From an uncultured virus (IMG/VR IMGVR_UViG_2930745263_000001) (Duplodnaviria; Heunggongvirae; Uroviricota; Caudoviricetes), in the IMG/VR virus record IMGVR_UViG_2930745263_000001: a stretch of DNA of 64,000 bases; one strand, written 5' to 3'. The position numbers and the translations under genes are program-made. This document shows, piece by piece, positions 8,937 to 17,960 of the stretch. The notes below the pieces were generated by a model. The model saw nothing but the letters and a program-made list of their open reading frames with translations, had not been told where the DNA came from and did not search any database. Each line of letters opens with the position of its first letter. The stretch's first letter is position 1.

Positions 8937-9470
8937 TCAGAACGGCGGACTGTCGTCGTACCCGCCACCCTGGCCGCCCTGCCCCTGCTGCCCCCAACCC
9001 CCGCCCGCCGGCCGCTGCGTACCCGGAGTGCCAGACGCCCACGGATCCTCCGCCGACGCCTGCCCCTGCTGCTGACGAGCCGCCTGATACGCCTGCTGGC
9101 CCTGACCCGAGCCGGCCTTCGTCACCCTCGCCGTCGCGCCCCGCAGACTCGGCCCTATGGCATCGACCAGGACCGCCATCTTCGACCGCTTCGCACCCGT
9201 CTGCTTGTCCTCCCACGACTCCTGCACCACACGGCCAGTCGCCACCACCTCCACCCCCTTGTCGAGGCTGTCCGCGATGTTCTGCGCGAGCTGCTTGAAC
9301 GCCTTGCAGTCCCAGTACGTCGTGTCCGCGTCGGACCACTCGCTGGTGTTCGGATCCTTTACCCGGCGGGACGTGACGATCGTGAACGCCGCGATCGGCA
9401 TACCCTGGGCGGTGAACCGCACGTCCGGCGCTGCGGTCAGCCGGCCCGTCAGGGTGATGTTGCTACTCAT
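8937..9470 (-). CDS. ssb: Single-stranded DNA-binding protein
   Basis: ITLTGRLTAAPDVRFT OB-fold, DPW motif, acidic C-terminus YDDSPPF. Confidence 0.95.
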   Translation of the reverse strand: MSSNITLTGRLTAAPDVRFTAQGMPIAAFTIVTSRRVKDPNTSEWSDADTTYWDCKAFKQLAQNIADSLDKGVEVVATGRVVQESWEDKQTGAKRSKMAVLVDAIGPSLRGATARVTKAGSGQGQQAYQAARQQQGQASAEDPWASGTPGTQRPAGGGWGQQGQGGQGGGYDDSPPF

Positions 9471-9490
9471 CTGCTGTCTCTCTTCTCTCG

Positions 9491-10297
9491 TCAGCTTGCG
9501 TGCGCTACCACGGCGGCCGGAACCGGCCCCGTGTGCCCGGCGAACTGCTGCCGGGACTCTTCCTTCGGCTTCGGCCCCCGCGGCGCCCTGATCGGCCCCC
9601 CGGCATCCCGGTAAGTCGCCCCCGACAACAGGGTCGAGATGCTCTTCCGGGAACGCCCGTACATCAAGGACAGCTCCAGATCCGTAACCCCGCCCGCGGC
9701 GTACTTCTCACGGATCTCGACGACCTGGGCATCCGTGAACTCGGGCTGCCTCTCCCCTGCGACCAGCACCGCGGGAAGCTCCCTGTCGGCCCGCTGATAC
9801 GCCTTCCGCATCCGGTTGACCCGGTCGCCGTTCGTGTTCCGGGCGACACCCAGGCGGCGGTCCAGCTCGTTCAGGTTGACGCCCTGCGCCGCAGCGTGCT
9901 CCAACACCGACAGGAACTCGGTATCCGTCAACGGCACCCTTGTCCCGTTCAAGTACAAGCGGACCGCAACCGCGTCGACGTAGTCCTCATCAACCGGTTC
10001 CTCGGCATCCTCAGCAAGCTCACGGACCGTCCGCGGGTCGTCCCAGCGGGGGACAGCCAAAGCACCGGTCTCATCGAACTCCACCCAACCCAAAGCCTTA
10101 GCGGTCGTCTGCTCCGGGTCGACCAGGCCAGCAAGGACCACGATCAGTGCGGTGCGCTGCGTGTCATCCAGGCCGGCCAGAACCTCCTGTACGTCCTCCG
10201 GCCCACCGTCACCGTGCACCAGCATCGCCATGCGTGCGGCCACAGGCAGCATGCCCTCCGCGAGATCACCGCGCTGCTGCGCTGTCAGGACGCTCAT
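9491..10297 (-). CDS. Hypothetical DNA-binding protein (two HTH-like segments)
   Basis: LNELDRRLGVARN and FTDAQVVEIREKY...ELSLMYGRSRKSISTLL. Confidence 0.65.
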   Translation of the reverse strand: MSVLTAQQRGDLAEGMLPVAARMAMLVHGDGGPEDVQEVLAGLDDTQRTALIVVLAGLVDPEQTTAKALGWVEFDETGALAVPRWDDPRTVRELAEDAEEPVDEDYVDAVAVRLYLNGTRVPLTDTEFLSVLEHAAAQGVNLNELDRRLGVARNTNGDRVNRMRKAYQRADRELPAVLVAGERQPEFTDAQVVEIREKYAAGGVTDLELSLMYGRSRKSISTLLSGATYRDAGGPIRAPRGPKPKEESRQQFAGHTGPVPAAVVAHAS

Positions 10298-10962
10298 GCC
10301 GCCATCTCCTTCTCCGCCGCAACGGCCAGCAGCAGCTCCGACACAGCCTTCGCCCCGTTCACTTCCGGCACCCCGAAGAACACCGCAATGTCGAGGAACC
10401 GGGCCCCCTTCTCCCGCAGGGCAACAATCAGGTCGAGGTGGTCACGCAACTGGTGACGCCAGTGCCGGCCGCGGGCCAGCCGGGACCCTTCACCGCCCAA
10501 CCACCACACCGCGACCCGCACCGTCACCAGGTCGACCATCAACCCGTCCTCACGCAGCCCCTGCACAACCCCGTCCAGAGACCAGCGCGCCGAGCTCAGG
10601 TTCCGCAGCCGGTACGACCACTGCGGCGACACCAACAGCCGAGCCATCACCAGATTGGGGCGGTTCCCCAGAAGGGCCTCAACCGCCAGGACGCGCCGCT
10701 GAACGGCACTCAGACCGCCGCCCACACCCCACTGGTACGTGCGGTTGCCCTTGTCCTTGACCTGCTGGTTCAACAGGCACTCAACGAGGACCGGGCACTT
10801 CACACACACGGCTCGGGCCCGCTGGATCCCGGCCTTCGACTCGATGAAGAACGCATCGCCGCCGACCTCACGGCAGGACGCTTCGGACTCCCAGTGGGCG
10901 GCCTCGCGGCTTGATACGGCATTTCTCGTACTACGGCGGTTGGGGAGGGTTCGGGTGGTCAT
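10294..10962 (-). CDS. WhiB-family transcription factor with C-terminal extension
   Basis: C...CVKCPVLVEC...WGVGGGLS-R motif. Confidence 0.85.
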   Translation of the reverse strand: MTTRTLPNRRSTRNAVSSREAAHWESEASCREVGGDAFFIESKAGIQRARAVCVKCPVLVECLLNQQVKDKGNRTYQWGVGGGLSAVQRRVLAVEALLGNRPNLVMARLLVSPQWSYRLRNLSSARWSLDGVVQGLREDGLMVDLVTVRVAVWWLGGEGSRLARGRHWRHQLRDHLDLIVALREKGARFLDIAVFFGVPEVNGAKAVSELLLAVAAEKEMAA

Positions 10963-11489
10963 GTCGGGTCTCCGAGGGTGTAAAGGCGGATGATGGCGCC
11001 GGGCTGGTCGAGGGCGTCGGGGTGCTCGCCGGGGAAGGTCTTGGTGGCGGTGACACGGATGATGCGGGAGTCGTCGATGACTCCGCCGCCGTCCGCGATG
11101 CCGTCGAAAGTCGAGCGGATCAGCTTGTCCACATCCCCTGAGTGCCGGGTGGTGGGCCAGGTGCGGCGACGCTTGGGGGCGGAGGCGGGCTTGAGGACGG
11201 TGAACACGATCTCGGCTTCGAGGGGTCCGTCGAGGGGCTGTGTGCCATCCGCGGGGTAGCCGCCGTACTTGTGGATGTGGGCGGTGGTCATGGCGGTCTG
11301 GGTGGCTGCGGTGACGAGGGCTCGCCAGGGCTTGACGCGCTTGGACTGTTCGACGAGGACGGCGGATACCCGGCCGGAGGCGGCGTTGAGGCGGTGCCCG
11401 GCGTACTTCTTCGAGCCTTGGGGTGCTGGCCGGCCGTGGACAACGACGGTGAGACGGTGCTGCCGGACGAGGTCGGGGGCGGTGGTCAC
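10959..11489 (-). CDS. rusA: RusA-like Holliday junction resolvase
   Basis: GRPAPQGSK...KPWR...DVDKLIRSTFDGI...IDDSRII. Confidence 0.88.
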   Translation of the reverse strand: MTTAPDLVRQHRLTVVVHGRPAPQGSKKYAGHRLNAASGRVSAVLVEQSKRVKPWRALVTAATQTAMTTAHIHKYGGYPADGTQPLDGPLEAEIVFTVLKPASAPKRRRTWPTTRHSGDVDKLIRSTFDGIADGGGVIDDSRIIRVTATKTFPGEHPDALDQPGAIIRLYTLGDPT

Positions 11490-11893
11490 GACTTCTCCTC
11501 TGCGCGGTCTTCCTGCCGCTGGAGGAAGTCCTTCAACGTGATTGTGGGATCGGCCTTGACGGCATCCAGCTCTGCCTGAAGCGCCTCGTGGTGCCCGTTG
11601 GCGTAGCCCTTGTGGTAGCGGCAGTTGTCGTCGGCTTCGATGCAGGCGGGGCACTCGTCGAAGCTGTGCTCGGCGTAGGGGGGGATCTCGGGGCGCATGT
11701 CGTCGAAGACCTCCCCGACTGCGGCCGGGGGTAGTGCGACGGCGGCGTCTGGGCGGCCGACGCTGAAGACGCGGAGCGGCCAGTCCTCGGGCATGTTCTT
11801 GAGCTGGATGGTGAGGGCGGCGGCGGCTCCGGGCTGGTAGTCGCAGAGGTCCTGCCAGACGGCGGACGCAATTCGGAACGGGTCGGTGGTCAT
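11486..11893 (-). CDS. Hypothetical protein
   Basis: AAGGAG RBS; CPAC...CRYH; coupled. Confidence 0.6.
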   Translation of the reverse strand: MTTDPFRIASAVWQDLCDYQPGAAAALTIQLKNMPEDWPLRVFSVGRPDAAVALPPAAVGEVFDDMRPEIPPYAEHSFDECPACIEADDNCRYHKGYANGHHEALQAELDAVKADPTITLKDFLQRQEDRAEEKS

Positions 11894-12111
11894 GTTGCGT
11901 ACTCCTTGATGTGGATGGGGCCGTTGCGTCCGGCGCGGAGGTACGTCGCGTCGCCTGGCCGATGGCCTAGATGCGTGGCCTTGCAGTACCAGCACCTGTA
12001 GGTGTGGAAGTCGGGTCCGCCTTCGCCGCGGATCTGTCGGGCGCGGCGTCGGGCTGTGCGCCGGCTGGGGAAGGCGCGTTTGCCGAGGCAGGACGCTTCG
12101 TACTCAGTCAC
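11890..12111 (-). CDS. Small Zn-finger protein
   Basis: CLGKRAF...YRCWYCKATHLGH, a common actinophage motif. Confidence 0.65.
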   Translation of the reverse strand: MTEYEASCLGKRAFPSRRTARRRARQIRGEGGPDFHTYRCWYCKATHLGHRPGDATYLRAGRNGPIHIKEYAT

Positions 12112-12358
12112 CGGGCTGGTAGGTGCGGGTGGTGGTGTAGCGGCCCCAGCCTTGGTGGTGTTGGAAGTCGACGCGTGCGCCGGTGTTGGCGTTGCGGCGG
12201 GCTATGGTCCGGGCTTGGGCGAGGTCGCTGGTGGTGAAGTGGCGGGTGGTGGGGTCGCCGGGGTAGGTGATGACGAGCCGGTATTTCTCGGGGGTGGAGA
12301 GGCTGACCTTGGGGTGGCCGGTGCGCTTGTGCTTGGAGTGCCGGGTCTTGGCCATCAC
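12104..12358 (-). CDS. Hypothetical protein
   Basis: Coupled operon member. Confidence 0.5.
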   Translation of the reverse strand: MMAKTRHSKHKRTGHPKVSLSTPEKYRLVITYPGDPTTRHFTTSDLAQARTIARRNANTGARVDFQHHQGWGRYTTTRTYQPGD

Positions 12359-12708
12359 GGCTCCCGGGTCTGGGCGAGGGTGACGGTGATGGGGGTGGCG
12401 CCGTCTGCGGTGGGGGTGCAGCGGGTCCAGGTGCCGTTGTTGAGGTGGGTGTGCCAGTGGTAGACGGCGGCGACGCGCATGTACGGGGGGAGGACAGCGT
12501 TGGCGGCGGCGGTGACCTTGTCGGGGTTCTGGTGGCCGAGTGCGGCGAGGTTGCCGTCCCAGATGCGGAGGTTGGGGTTGTCGGGGTGGGGTTGGCCGAG
12601 CTGGTTGTGGCCGTGTTCGGCGAGGATGCGGGTGTTGTGGCTGGCCTGGGTGGTGGCTGCGCCGAGGATGACGAGGTAGGTCTGGTCGGGGCGGGTGGCG
12701 GTGCTCAT
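12355..12708 (-). CDS. Hypothetical protein
   Basis: AAGGAG RBS; ATGA overlap. Confidence 0.55.
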   Translation of the reverse strand: MSTATRPDQTYLVILGAATTQASHNTRILAEHGHNQLGQPHPDNPNLRIWDGNLAALGHQNPDKVTAAANAVLPPYMRVAAVYHWHTHLNNGTWTRCTPTADGATPITVTLAQTREP

Positions 12709-13277
12709 GACGCGGGGTGCTCCTTCATGGGCTCGTCGGTGGCGGTGAGGAGGGTGGTGAGGCCGGCGTCGATGTCGTCGCGGGAGAGCTGCTGGGTGTC
12801 GTCGGCGGCTGCGGTGGCGCGGTGGAGGCCGGTGCCGAGGGTGAGGGCGCGTTCGGTGAGCGGGACGGGGGTGTGGAGGGTGCACTCGTCGGCGGCTTCG
12901 GTGAAGGGCGGGAGTTCGCGGCCGTCGGTTATGTGGGCGGTGTGCCAGATGCCGTGGGTGCAGAGGCGGGCGGCTTCGATGCTGGCGCCGTGGGGGGCGC
13001 GGGTGTAGAGGAGGCGGGTGTCGTCGTGGAGGAGGGTGTCGGCCGTGTTGTTGTCGTGTCCGGTCCAGGTGGTGTGGGGGGCGTGGATGCGGATGCTGCC
13101 GGCGTAGAGGGTGGCGCTGGCTGCGTTGGCTTGGGCGTCGGTGACGCGGGGCTGGGCGGTGGTGGTCTGGGTGGTGTGGGGGCGGACGGGGAGCGGGGCC
13201 GCGGCAACGGGCTTCGGGGTGGCGGTCTTCTTCGGCTGGGGTGCTTTGCGGTTGCGGGTCTTCGTGCTGCGGCTCAC
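12705..13277 (-). CDS. Hypothetical protein
   Basis: GGAG RBS; GTGA overlap. Confidence 0.6.
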   Translation of the reverse strand: MSRSTKTRNRKAPQPKKTATPKPVAAAPLPVRPHTTQTTTAQPRVTDAQANAASATLYAGSIRIHAPHTTWTGHDNNTADTLLHDDTRLLYTRAPHGASIEAARLCTHGIWHTAHITDGRELPPFTEAADECTLHTPVPLTERALTLGTGLHRATAAADDTQQLSRDDIDAGLTTLLTATDEPMKEHPAS

Positions 13278-13410
13278 GGGTGGTCTCCGTCCGGTGGGTC
13301 GTGCGGGTCGGTGCTGGTGGTGCCGATGCCGTGCTGGGAGGCGCAGATCATGGCGAGTGCGATGAGTCCCAGCACGGCGGCGATGACGGCGGGTGCGGTA
13401 GGCGGCCAGG

Positions 13411-13866
13411 TCACGTGGTGGCGGCCCTGCCGGTGCCGTTGAGTTCCGGGGCCAGCCAGCGGGCGACCTTCGATCGGGCTTCCATGTCGAGGAGGAGGGC
13501 GACGGGGCGCCCGTCCTCGTCGATGCAGCCGATGGTGAGGACCTGCTCCTCCTCGGGGGCGGGTTCCATGGCGACGTCGAACCGGTTCACGACCAGCGGG
13601 TCCGGGCCTTTGGGCAGAGGCGGGCGGACGGCGCCCCGACTGAGCTTGTCGGCCATGCGGAAGAGGACGTCCGCGCGGGTGCGGCGCTCCTTGTTGGAGG
13701 TGCCCTCTTCGCGCGCCTTCTTCTCCAGCCACGTGATGATCTGTGCGTCGCGCTCGGCGATGACCTCATCGAGCATCTTCGTAACGCTCTCGTGGACGAT
13801 CGGCGGGACACCGGTCTCCTTGAAGGCGGCTGTGGCGAACGCGTACAGCTCGTCGCGGGCGTTCAT
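13411..13866 (-). CDS. Hypothetical protein
   Basis: MNARDELYAF..., GGAG RBS, coupled. Confidence 0.6.
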   Translation of the reverse strand: MNARDELYAFATAAFKETGVPPIVHESVTKMLDEVIAERDAQIITWLEKKAREEGTSNKERRTRADVLFRMADKLSRGAVRPPLPKGPDPLVVNRFDVAMEPAPEEEQVLTIGCIDEDGRPVALLLDMEARSKVARWLAPELNGTGRAATT

Positions 13867-14138
13867 CGGGCCGTCTCCCAGGCGTTGCTGGTGACGGCGA
13901 CGCGGTGCGCCCAGTCGTAGGCGCGCCAGTCGGCGATCTGGGCGCGGTACCCGGCGAGGAATGCGGCGGTGTACGTGGTGCCGGAGACGGTGGGGTCGGT
14001 CATCCACTCCAGGCGGGCTTCGAGGACGTCGAGGGTGTCGCCGTCGTGGAGGGCGTCGTAGGCGACGGCTCGCCCGTGGGCGTGGTCGGCGTCGTTCGGG
14101 TTGCCGAGGGCGTCGAGGGCGATGGTGAGGATGCTCAT
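13863..14138 (-). CDS. Hypothetical protein
   Basis: MSILTIALDAL..., AGGA RBS. Confidence 0.55.
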   Translation of the reverse strand: MSILTIALDALGNPNDADHAHGRAVAYDALHDGDTLDVLEARLEWMTDPTVSGTTYTAAFLAGYRAQIADWRAYDWAHRVAVTSNAWETAR

Positions 14139-14211
14139 GGCGGTGGGGTCCTGTCCTGGGTTGGGGGCCCGGGGCGGTGGTGTTGCTCCGCCCCGGGCTA
14201 GTGGGGGCGAG

Positions 14212-14406
14212 TCAGACGGCGGAGAGGGGGCCGAGTTCGGCCTTGAGGTAGTCCTCGGATGCCCAGACGCGGGCGGGGATCTTCGCCGGGTCGAGGTGGG
14301 CGGGGACGAAGTAGCGGGTGCCGTTGTCGTCGGCGCCGGCGAGGCGCCACTGCTTGCCCTCGGGGGTCTGGAAGGTCTCGACGGTGGCGGCGGGGGTGTA
14401 GGGCAT
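14212..14406 (-). CDS. Small hypothetical protein
   Basis: GGAG RBS; coding-like composition. Confidence 0.55.
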   Translation of the reverse strand: MPYTPAATVETFQTPEGKQWRLAGADDNGTRYFVPAHLDPAKIPARVWASEDYLKAELGPLSAV

Positions 14407-14513
14407 GACTGTCTCCGGTTCTGGTGGTGATGCAGGGGCTTGGGCACCCGGCCCCGGGAGCTACTGCGCACCCATGGGGTGTGGTGCTCGACTTGGGGCC
14501 GGGGAGCTGGGGG

Positions 14514-14858
14514 CTACTCGTCGCCGGTGAGGCGGTGTTCGTCGGCGCAGGTCTCGCACTGGACGAACTCGATCGAGCCGTCCATGTGGGTGCGGGCCTT
14601 GGCGGCGTCGAAGATGGCGGCGCAGTAGCAGTTGGTGCAGGTGCAGCGGGCGAGTTCGCCGGAGACCGGCGGGCGGATGCCGATGAGGTCGATGGCCTGG
14701 CGGTGGAGGATCGCGCTGGCGGCGAGTTCGCGGTTGTCGGCGCACTCGTTGGCCTGGTCGAGGAGTTCGTTGACCTGGGCTGCGATGGAGGCGGACAGCC
14801 GGTGCGGGTGGATCTCGCGGGGCTGGTTTTGGGTGTGCGTCATCACGGCGTGGCCCAT
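14514..14858 (-). CDS. Zn-binding hypothetical protein
   Basis: AGGAG RBS; CTCTNCYC...CETC. Confidence 0.6.
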   Translation of the reverse strand: MGHAVMTHTQNQPREIHPHRLSASIAAQVNELLDQANECADNRELAASAILHRQAIDLIGIRPPVSGELARCTCTNCYCAAIFDAAKARTHMDGSIEFVQCETCADEHRLTGDE

Positions 14859-14880
14859 GGCGGACTCCTGGCGAGGTGGT

Positions 14881-14968
14881 TACTCCGGGGAGGCGGTGTG
14901 CCTTCCCGTTGTCGGCTCAACCACAGTAACCCTTAATGTATGGCATAAGCAAGACGTTGTGAGGTATT
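14881..14968 (-). promoter_or_regulatory. Duplicated promoter/leader, copy 2 (TTGCTT-N18-TACTGT)
   Basis: Near-identical to 8780-8865. Confidence 0.7.
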
Positions 14969-15036
14969 CGGGCATGCGAAAGCCCCCCACCTGCGGGCCG
15001 GGGCCCAAGATGAGGGGCAGTCAGGGTGCGGCGGCG

Positions 15037-15264
15037 TCAGATGTCGCCGGCGAGAACGGCGTCGCGGTGCGCCAGGAGGATGTCGCTGTAGGAGACGTGC
15101 ACGTTCCCGCGGTACCGGATCGTGTCGAGCTCGTCCTTGCGGATCCAGTTCTTGATGTCGCGCAGCGAGGCGACGTGCCCGGTCCGTTTCAGGAGGTCGC
15201 AGATCTCCCTGAGGGGCATCAGGTCGCTGGGCTGGCTGTACGGGACGAGCGGTTCGATGGCCAC
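15037..15264 (-). CDS. Small winged-HTH / excisionase-like protein
   Basis: LMPLREICDLL...SLRDIKNWIRK...YRGNVHVSYSDIL. Confidence 0.55.
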   Translation of the reverse strand: MAIEPLVPYSQPSDLMPLREICDLLKRTGHVASLRDIKNWIRKDELDTIRYRGNVHVSYSDILLAHRDAVLAGDI

Positions 15265-15400
15265 GGGCGTGCTCCCGGCGTCGGCTTGGCCGTCGTTCGC
15301 AGCTCCGGCGGCCGAAACAGGGACTCGGACTCAGGAAGTCCGGTTGTGCTGGTGATGTGATGGGTTGGTGCTGACGATATGTAGACCGTTGTGGGGGCGG

Positions 15401-15937
15401 TCAGGTTGCACGGGATCGGAGAGCACTTTTGGCGGCAACGTACTCGTAGGCGAGACGCTTCAGCTCCCACCGGTGCGTGAGGCCTTCGTCGTCCTGGCAG
15501 TAGTGCTGTGTGCAGACGGCTTTCTGCTCGTCTTCCCCCCACTGGAGGCCCCAACACCCGCAGGCGGGGCAGGGGTGCTTGCAGACTTCGGTGGTGTCGC
15601 CCATGGCGATGGCGTGCTCGAGGCCTTGGCGGTAGATCATGGCTTCGCGGGCCTGCTGGCGGTCCTCGTCGAGGTCTGCGGTGTGCTCGCGCGCCCAGTC
15701 GTACAGGCCGGGGAGAGGGCCGGCGTACGGGGCGACGTCGGGTGCGGCGGCCTGGGTGTGCTTGACGACCTCGGTGACCACGGCGGCCATGTAGTCGAGG
15801 GTGCCGAGGTCGATGGGGGCCGGCGCTTCGGCCCGGGTGGCGGTGCGCCCGGTGGGGTCGGGTCCGCGTTGCTGGTACTGGGTGAACTCCGCCTGGAGGA
15901 GGCGGAGCCTGCGTTCGGTTGTGTCGTCTCCCAGCAT
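15401..15937 (-). CDS. Hypothetical protein with C-terminal Zn ribbon
   Basis: HPCPACGCWGL...CTQHYC. Confidence 0.65.
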   Translation of the reverse strand: MLGDDTTERRLRLLQAEFTQYQQRGPDPTGRTATRAEAPAPIDLGTLDYMAAVVTEVVKHTQAAAPDVAPYAGPLPGLYDWAREHTADLDEDRQQAREAMIYRQGLEHAIAMGDTTEVCKHPCPACGCWGLQWGEDEQKAVCTQHYCQDDEGLTHRWELKRLAYEYVAAKSALRSRAT

Positions 15938-16164
15938 GGTGTCCCCGTCCCCTATTCCGGCCAGGGGCGCAGCGGGTGACGGTGTGTGAGCCGTGGCGTG
16001 CGCCGGTGGCCGGAGGATGTCACTCCGGGTTATTCCGGACGCCTCAGTGTGCCACGATCTGGTCCGTTGTTGAACGGAAAGCATCAGATGATCAACGCAG
16101 CGTGTGGGCTGGTAAATGCCTTCTCGCAGGTCGGCGTGCAATTACAGCAGTCATATTCGGCACC

Positions 16165-16536
16165 TCACAGAGTGTCAGGTGCGTTCCGTAGTCCTTCGAT
16201 CATGCCTGCGAGGTGGCGGAGTTCGTCGTCTCCGATGATCCCGTTGGCCTGGGATCCCTCGTGCATGAGGCGTACCAGGTCGAGGGTGGCCCGGTACGTG
16301 TCGGCGACGTCCGGGTCGGTGAGCGTCATCCCGCGGGCGAGGAACCAGGCTTCGGCGGTTTCGGCGAGGCGCTGCTGTGGGGTGTCGGCCACCACTGCGG
16401 GTTCTTCGGCGGGCTGGGGTTGTGGGGTGCGCCGGCCGTGACCGCCCCGCAGGGTGCGCTGGGCGAAGTGGAGGATCCTGCCCGGGGGTCCGGGCGTGAC
16501 GGGTTCGGGGTGTGCGGGCTCTGCTGATGAGGGCAT
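16165..16536 (-). CDS. Hypothetical protein (start uncertain)
   Basis: Helical C-terminal half looks coding. Confidence 0.45.
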   Translation of the reverse strand: MPSSAEPAHPEPVTPGPPGRILHFAQRTLRGGHGRRTPQPQPAEEPAVVADTPQQRLAETAEAWFLARGMTLTDPDVADTYRATLDLVRLMHEGSQANGIIGDDELRHLAGMIEGLRNAPDTL

Positions 16537-17168
16537 GAGGAGTGGTCCGCTCCCTGGCAGTGGGGAAGGGTTCCTGTCCCCCGGTTCTCCCTCCCCGGGG
16601 TTCAGGCCCCGGGGCGGCTGCCAGTTCCGTTGCCGGGGGAGATCTACTGTGGCACCGATTTCATCGGGTGGGTAAGGCAGCCCGAAGTTTTGATGCCGCT
16701 GTGACCGTGGTGGGGGTATCGTCCCGGCCAGTTCTGGGCGGTGTGCGGGTGTGAGGAAGCCCCCGGGGTTCGGGGGCTGGAGTTTTGCCGACAACCGCCC
16801 GCCGAACCGTCCGGGGGCCCGAGACCTCACGGGGCATACCCGCCAGATGACGGTGATTGTAGGCCGGGGATGTGGTCGGCGGCCAGCGTTCGGTGAAACG
16901 TGTTGGTGGGGGTGTGGGGTGGGGCAGGGGCGCTGCGAGCCCTGGGTGGGGTGTCCCCTGCCCCGTGGGGTGGCCGTCCCGTGCAAGGCGGCCACGTCGG
17001 GTACTCAAGTGTGCTGGTGGCGGGTGGGGAAGGGGTTGGGCGGGCGACCACTCGAAGGGGTGAGCGGGAAACCCCGGCAAGTCGCCGTTTCCGACCGAAA
17101 GCCGACCCTACGACGAAGAGCGGCCCCACCCTCCCATGACGGGAAAGCGGGGCCGCAGTCGTACTGGG

Positions 17169-17960
17169 TCAGGACGTCGAGGCGAGCAGTTCCTGCCTCA
17201 GGCGCTCCACGCGCTGCTGGACCTGGTCCAGGTAGGCGGACGCCCTGTTCCGGTCCTGGGCGGCAAGTCGGCGTACCCAGTCCACCTCGATGGCCTTGTC
17301 GACCCTGACGGCGATCTGCTCCTCTATGGGCACCGCCGGGGCCGGCACCTTCTCAGGTGTCGGTTCGGAGAGGCTGGAGACGTACTCAAGGATGCGTTCC
17401 GCGGCCACCTCCCGGTCGAACTTTTCGCCCTTAGGGAGCGTTTTGACCGCGCCCTTGAGGACGGCAGCCGTGACGGCCTGGCCGTCGATCTCCACGACGG
17501 TGTCGTAGACGAACGTGGCGGTGTCGACGTCCCACGACTCGGCGACGGGGACGAGCTCCCACACCTGGGCCTGGTTCAGCTTTTTGACTCCAATTGGAGT
17601 CAAAGTCGGGGAGCTCTGCTTCTCGTACAGGGCTTCCGCGATGGGCCAGGCCCGGATGAGCTTGTCTGCGTACTGCCGGTTCATGGACCACCGGTCGTCG
17701 CAGTAGTCGTCGAACGTCTTGTGGGACTCCCTGTACAGGCGGGCGTCCCGAATGATCTGGAGGGCCTTCCCGGCAGCCCAGAACGCACCCTTGAGGGTTT
17801 CGACTGCGGCTTCACACTGGGCGAGGCTGTCCTGTTCCTCACCGATGAGGGCGGGGCTGTCGGAGATCGGCTTGAACAGGTGAGGGAGGTCCTTGGCCAT
17901 GTCGACCGCGGTGGTGAACTTCTTCCGCTCGACGGCTTTACCGCGCCGCTGCCCGCCCAT
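17169..17960 (-). CDS. ParA partner / putative centromere-binding protein
   Basis: TGATG-coupled to parA; AGKALQIIRDARLYRESHKTFDDYCDDRWSMNRQYADKLI motif often seen in mobile-element DNA-binding proteins. Confidence 0.7.
   Translation of the reverse strand: MGGQRRGKAVERKKFTTAVDMAKDLPHLFKPISDSPALIGEEQDSLAQCEAAVETLKGAFWAAGKALQIIRDARLYRESHKTFDDYCDDRWSMNRQYADKLIRAWPIAEALYEKQSSPTLTPIGVKKLNQAQVWELVPVAESWDVDTATFVYDTVVEIDGQAVTAAVLKGAVKTLPKGEKFDREVAAERILEYVSSLSEPTPEKVPAPAVPIEEQIAVRVDKAIEVDWVRRLAAQDRNRASAYLDQVQQRVERLRQELLASTS
17583..17604. promoter_or_regulatory. Perfect 22-bp palindrome, candidate parS/operator
   Basis: TTTGACTCCAATTGGAGTCAAA; AT-rich, inside the ParA partner gene. Confidence 0.55.
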
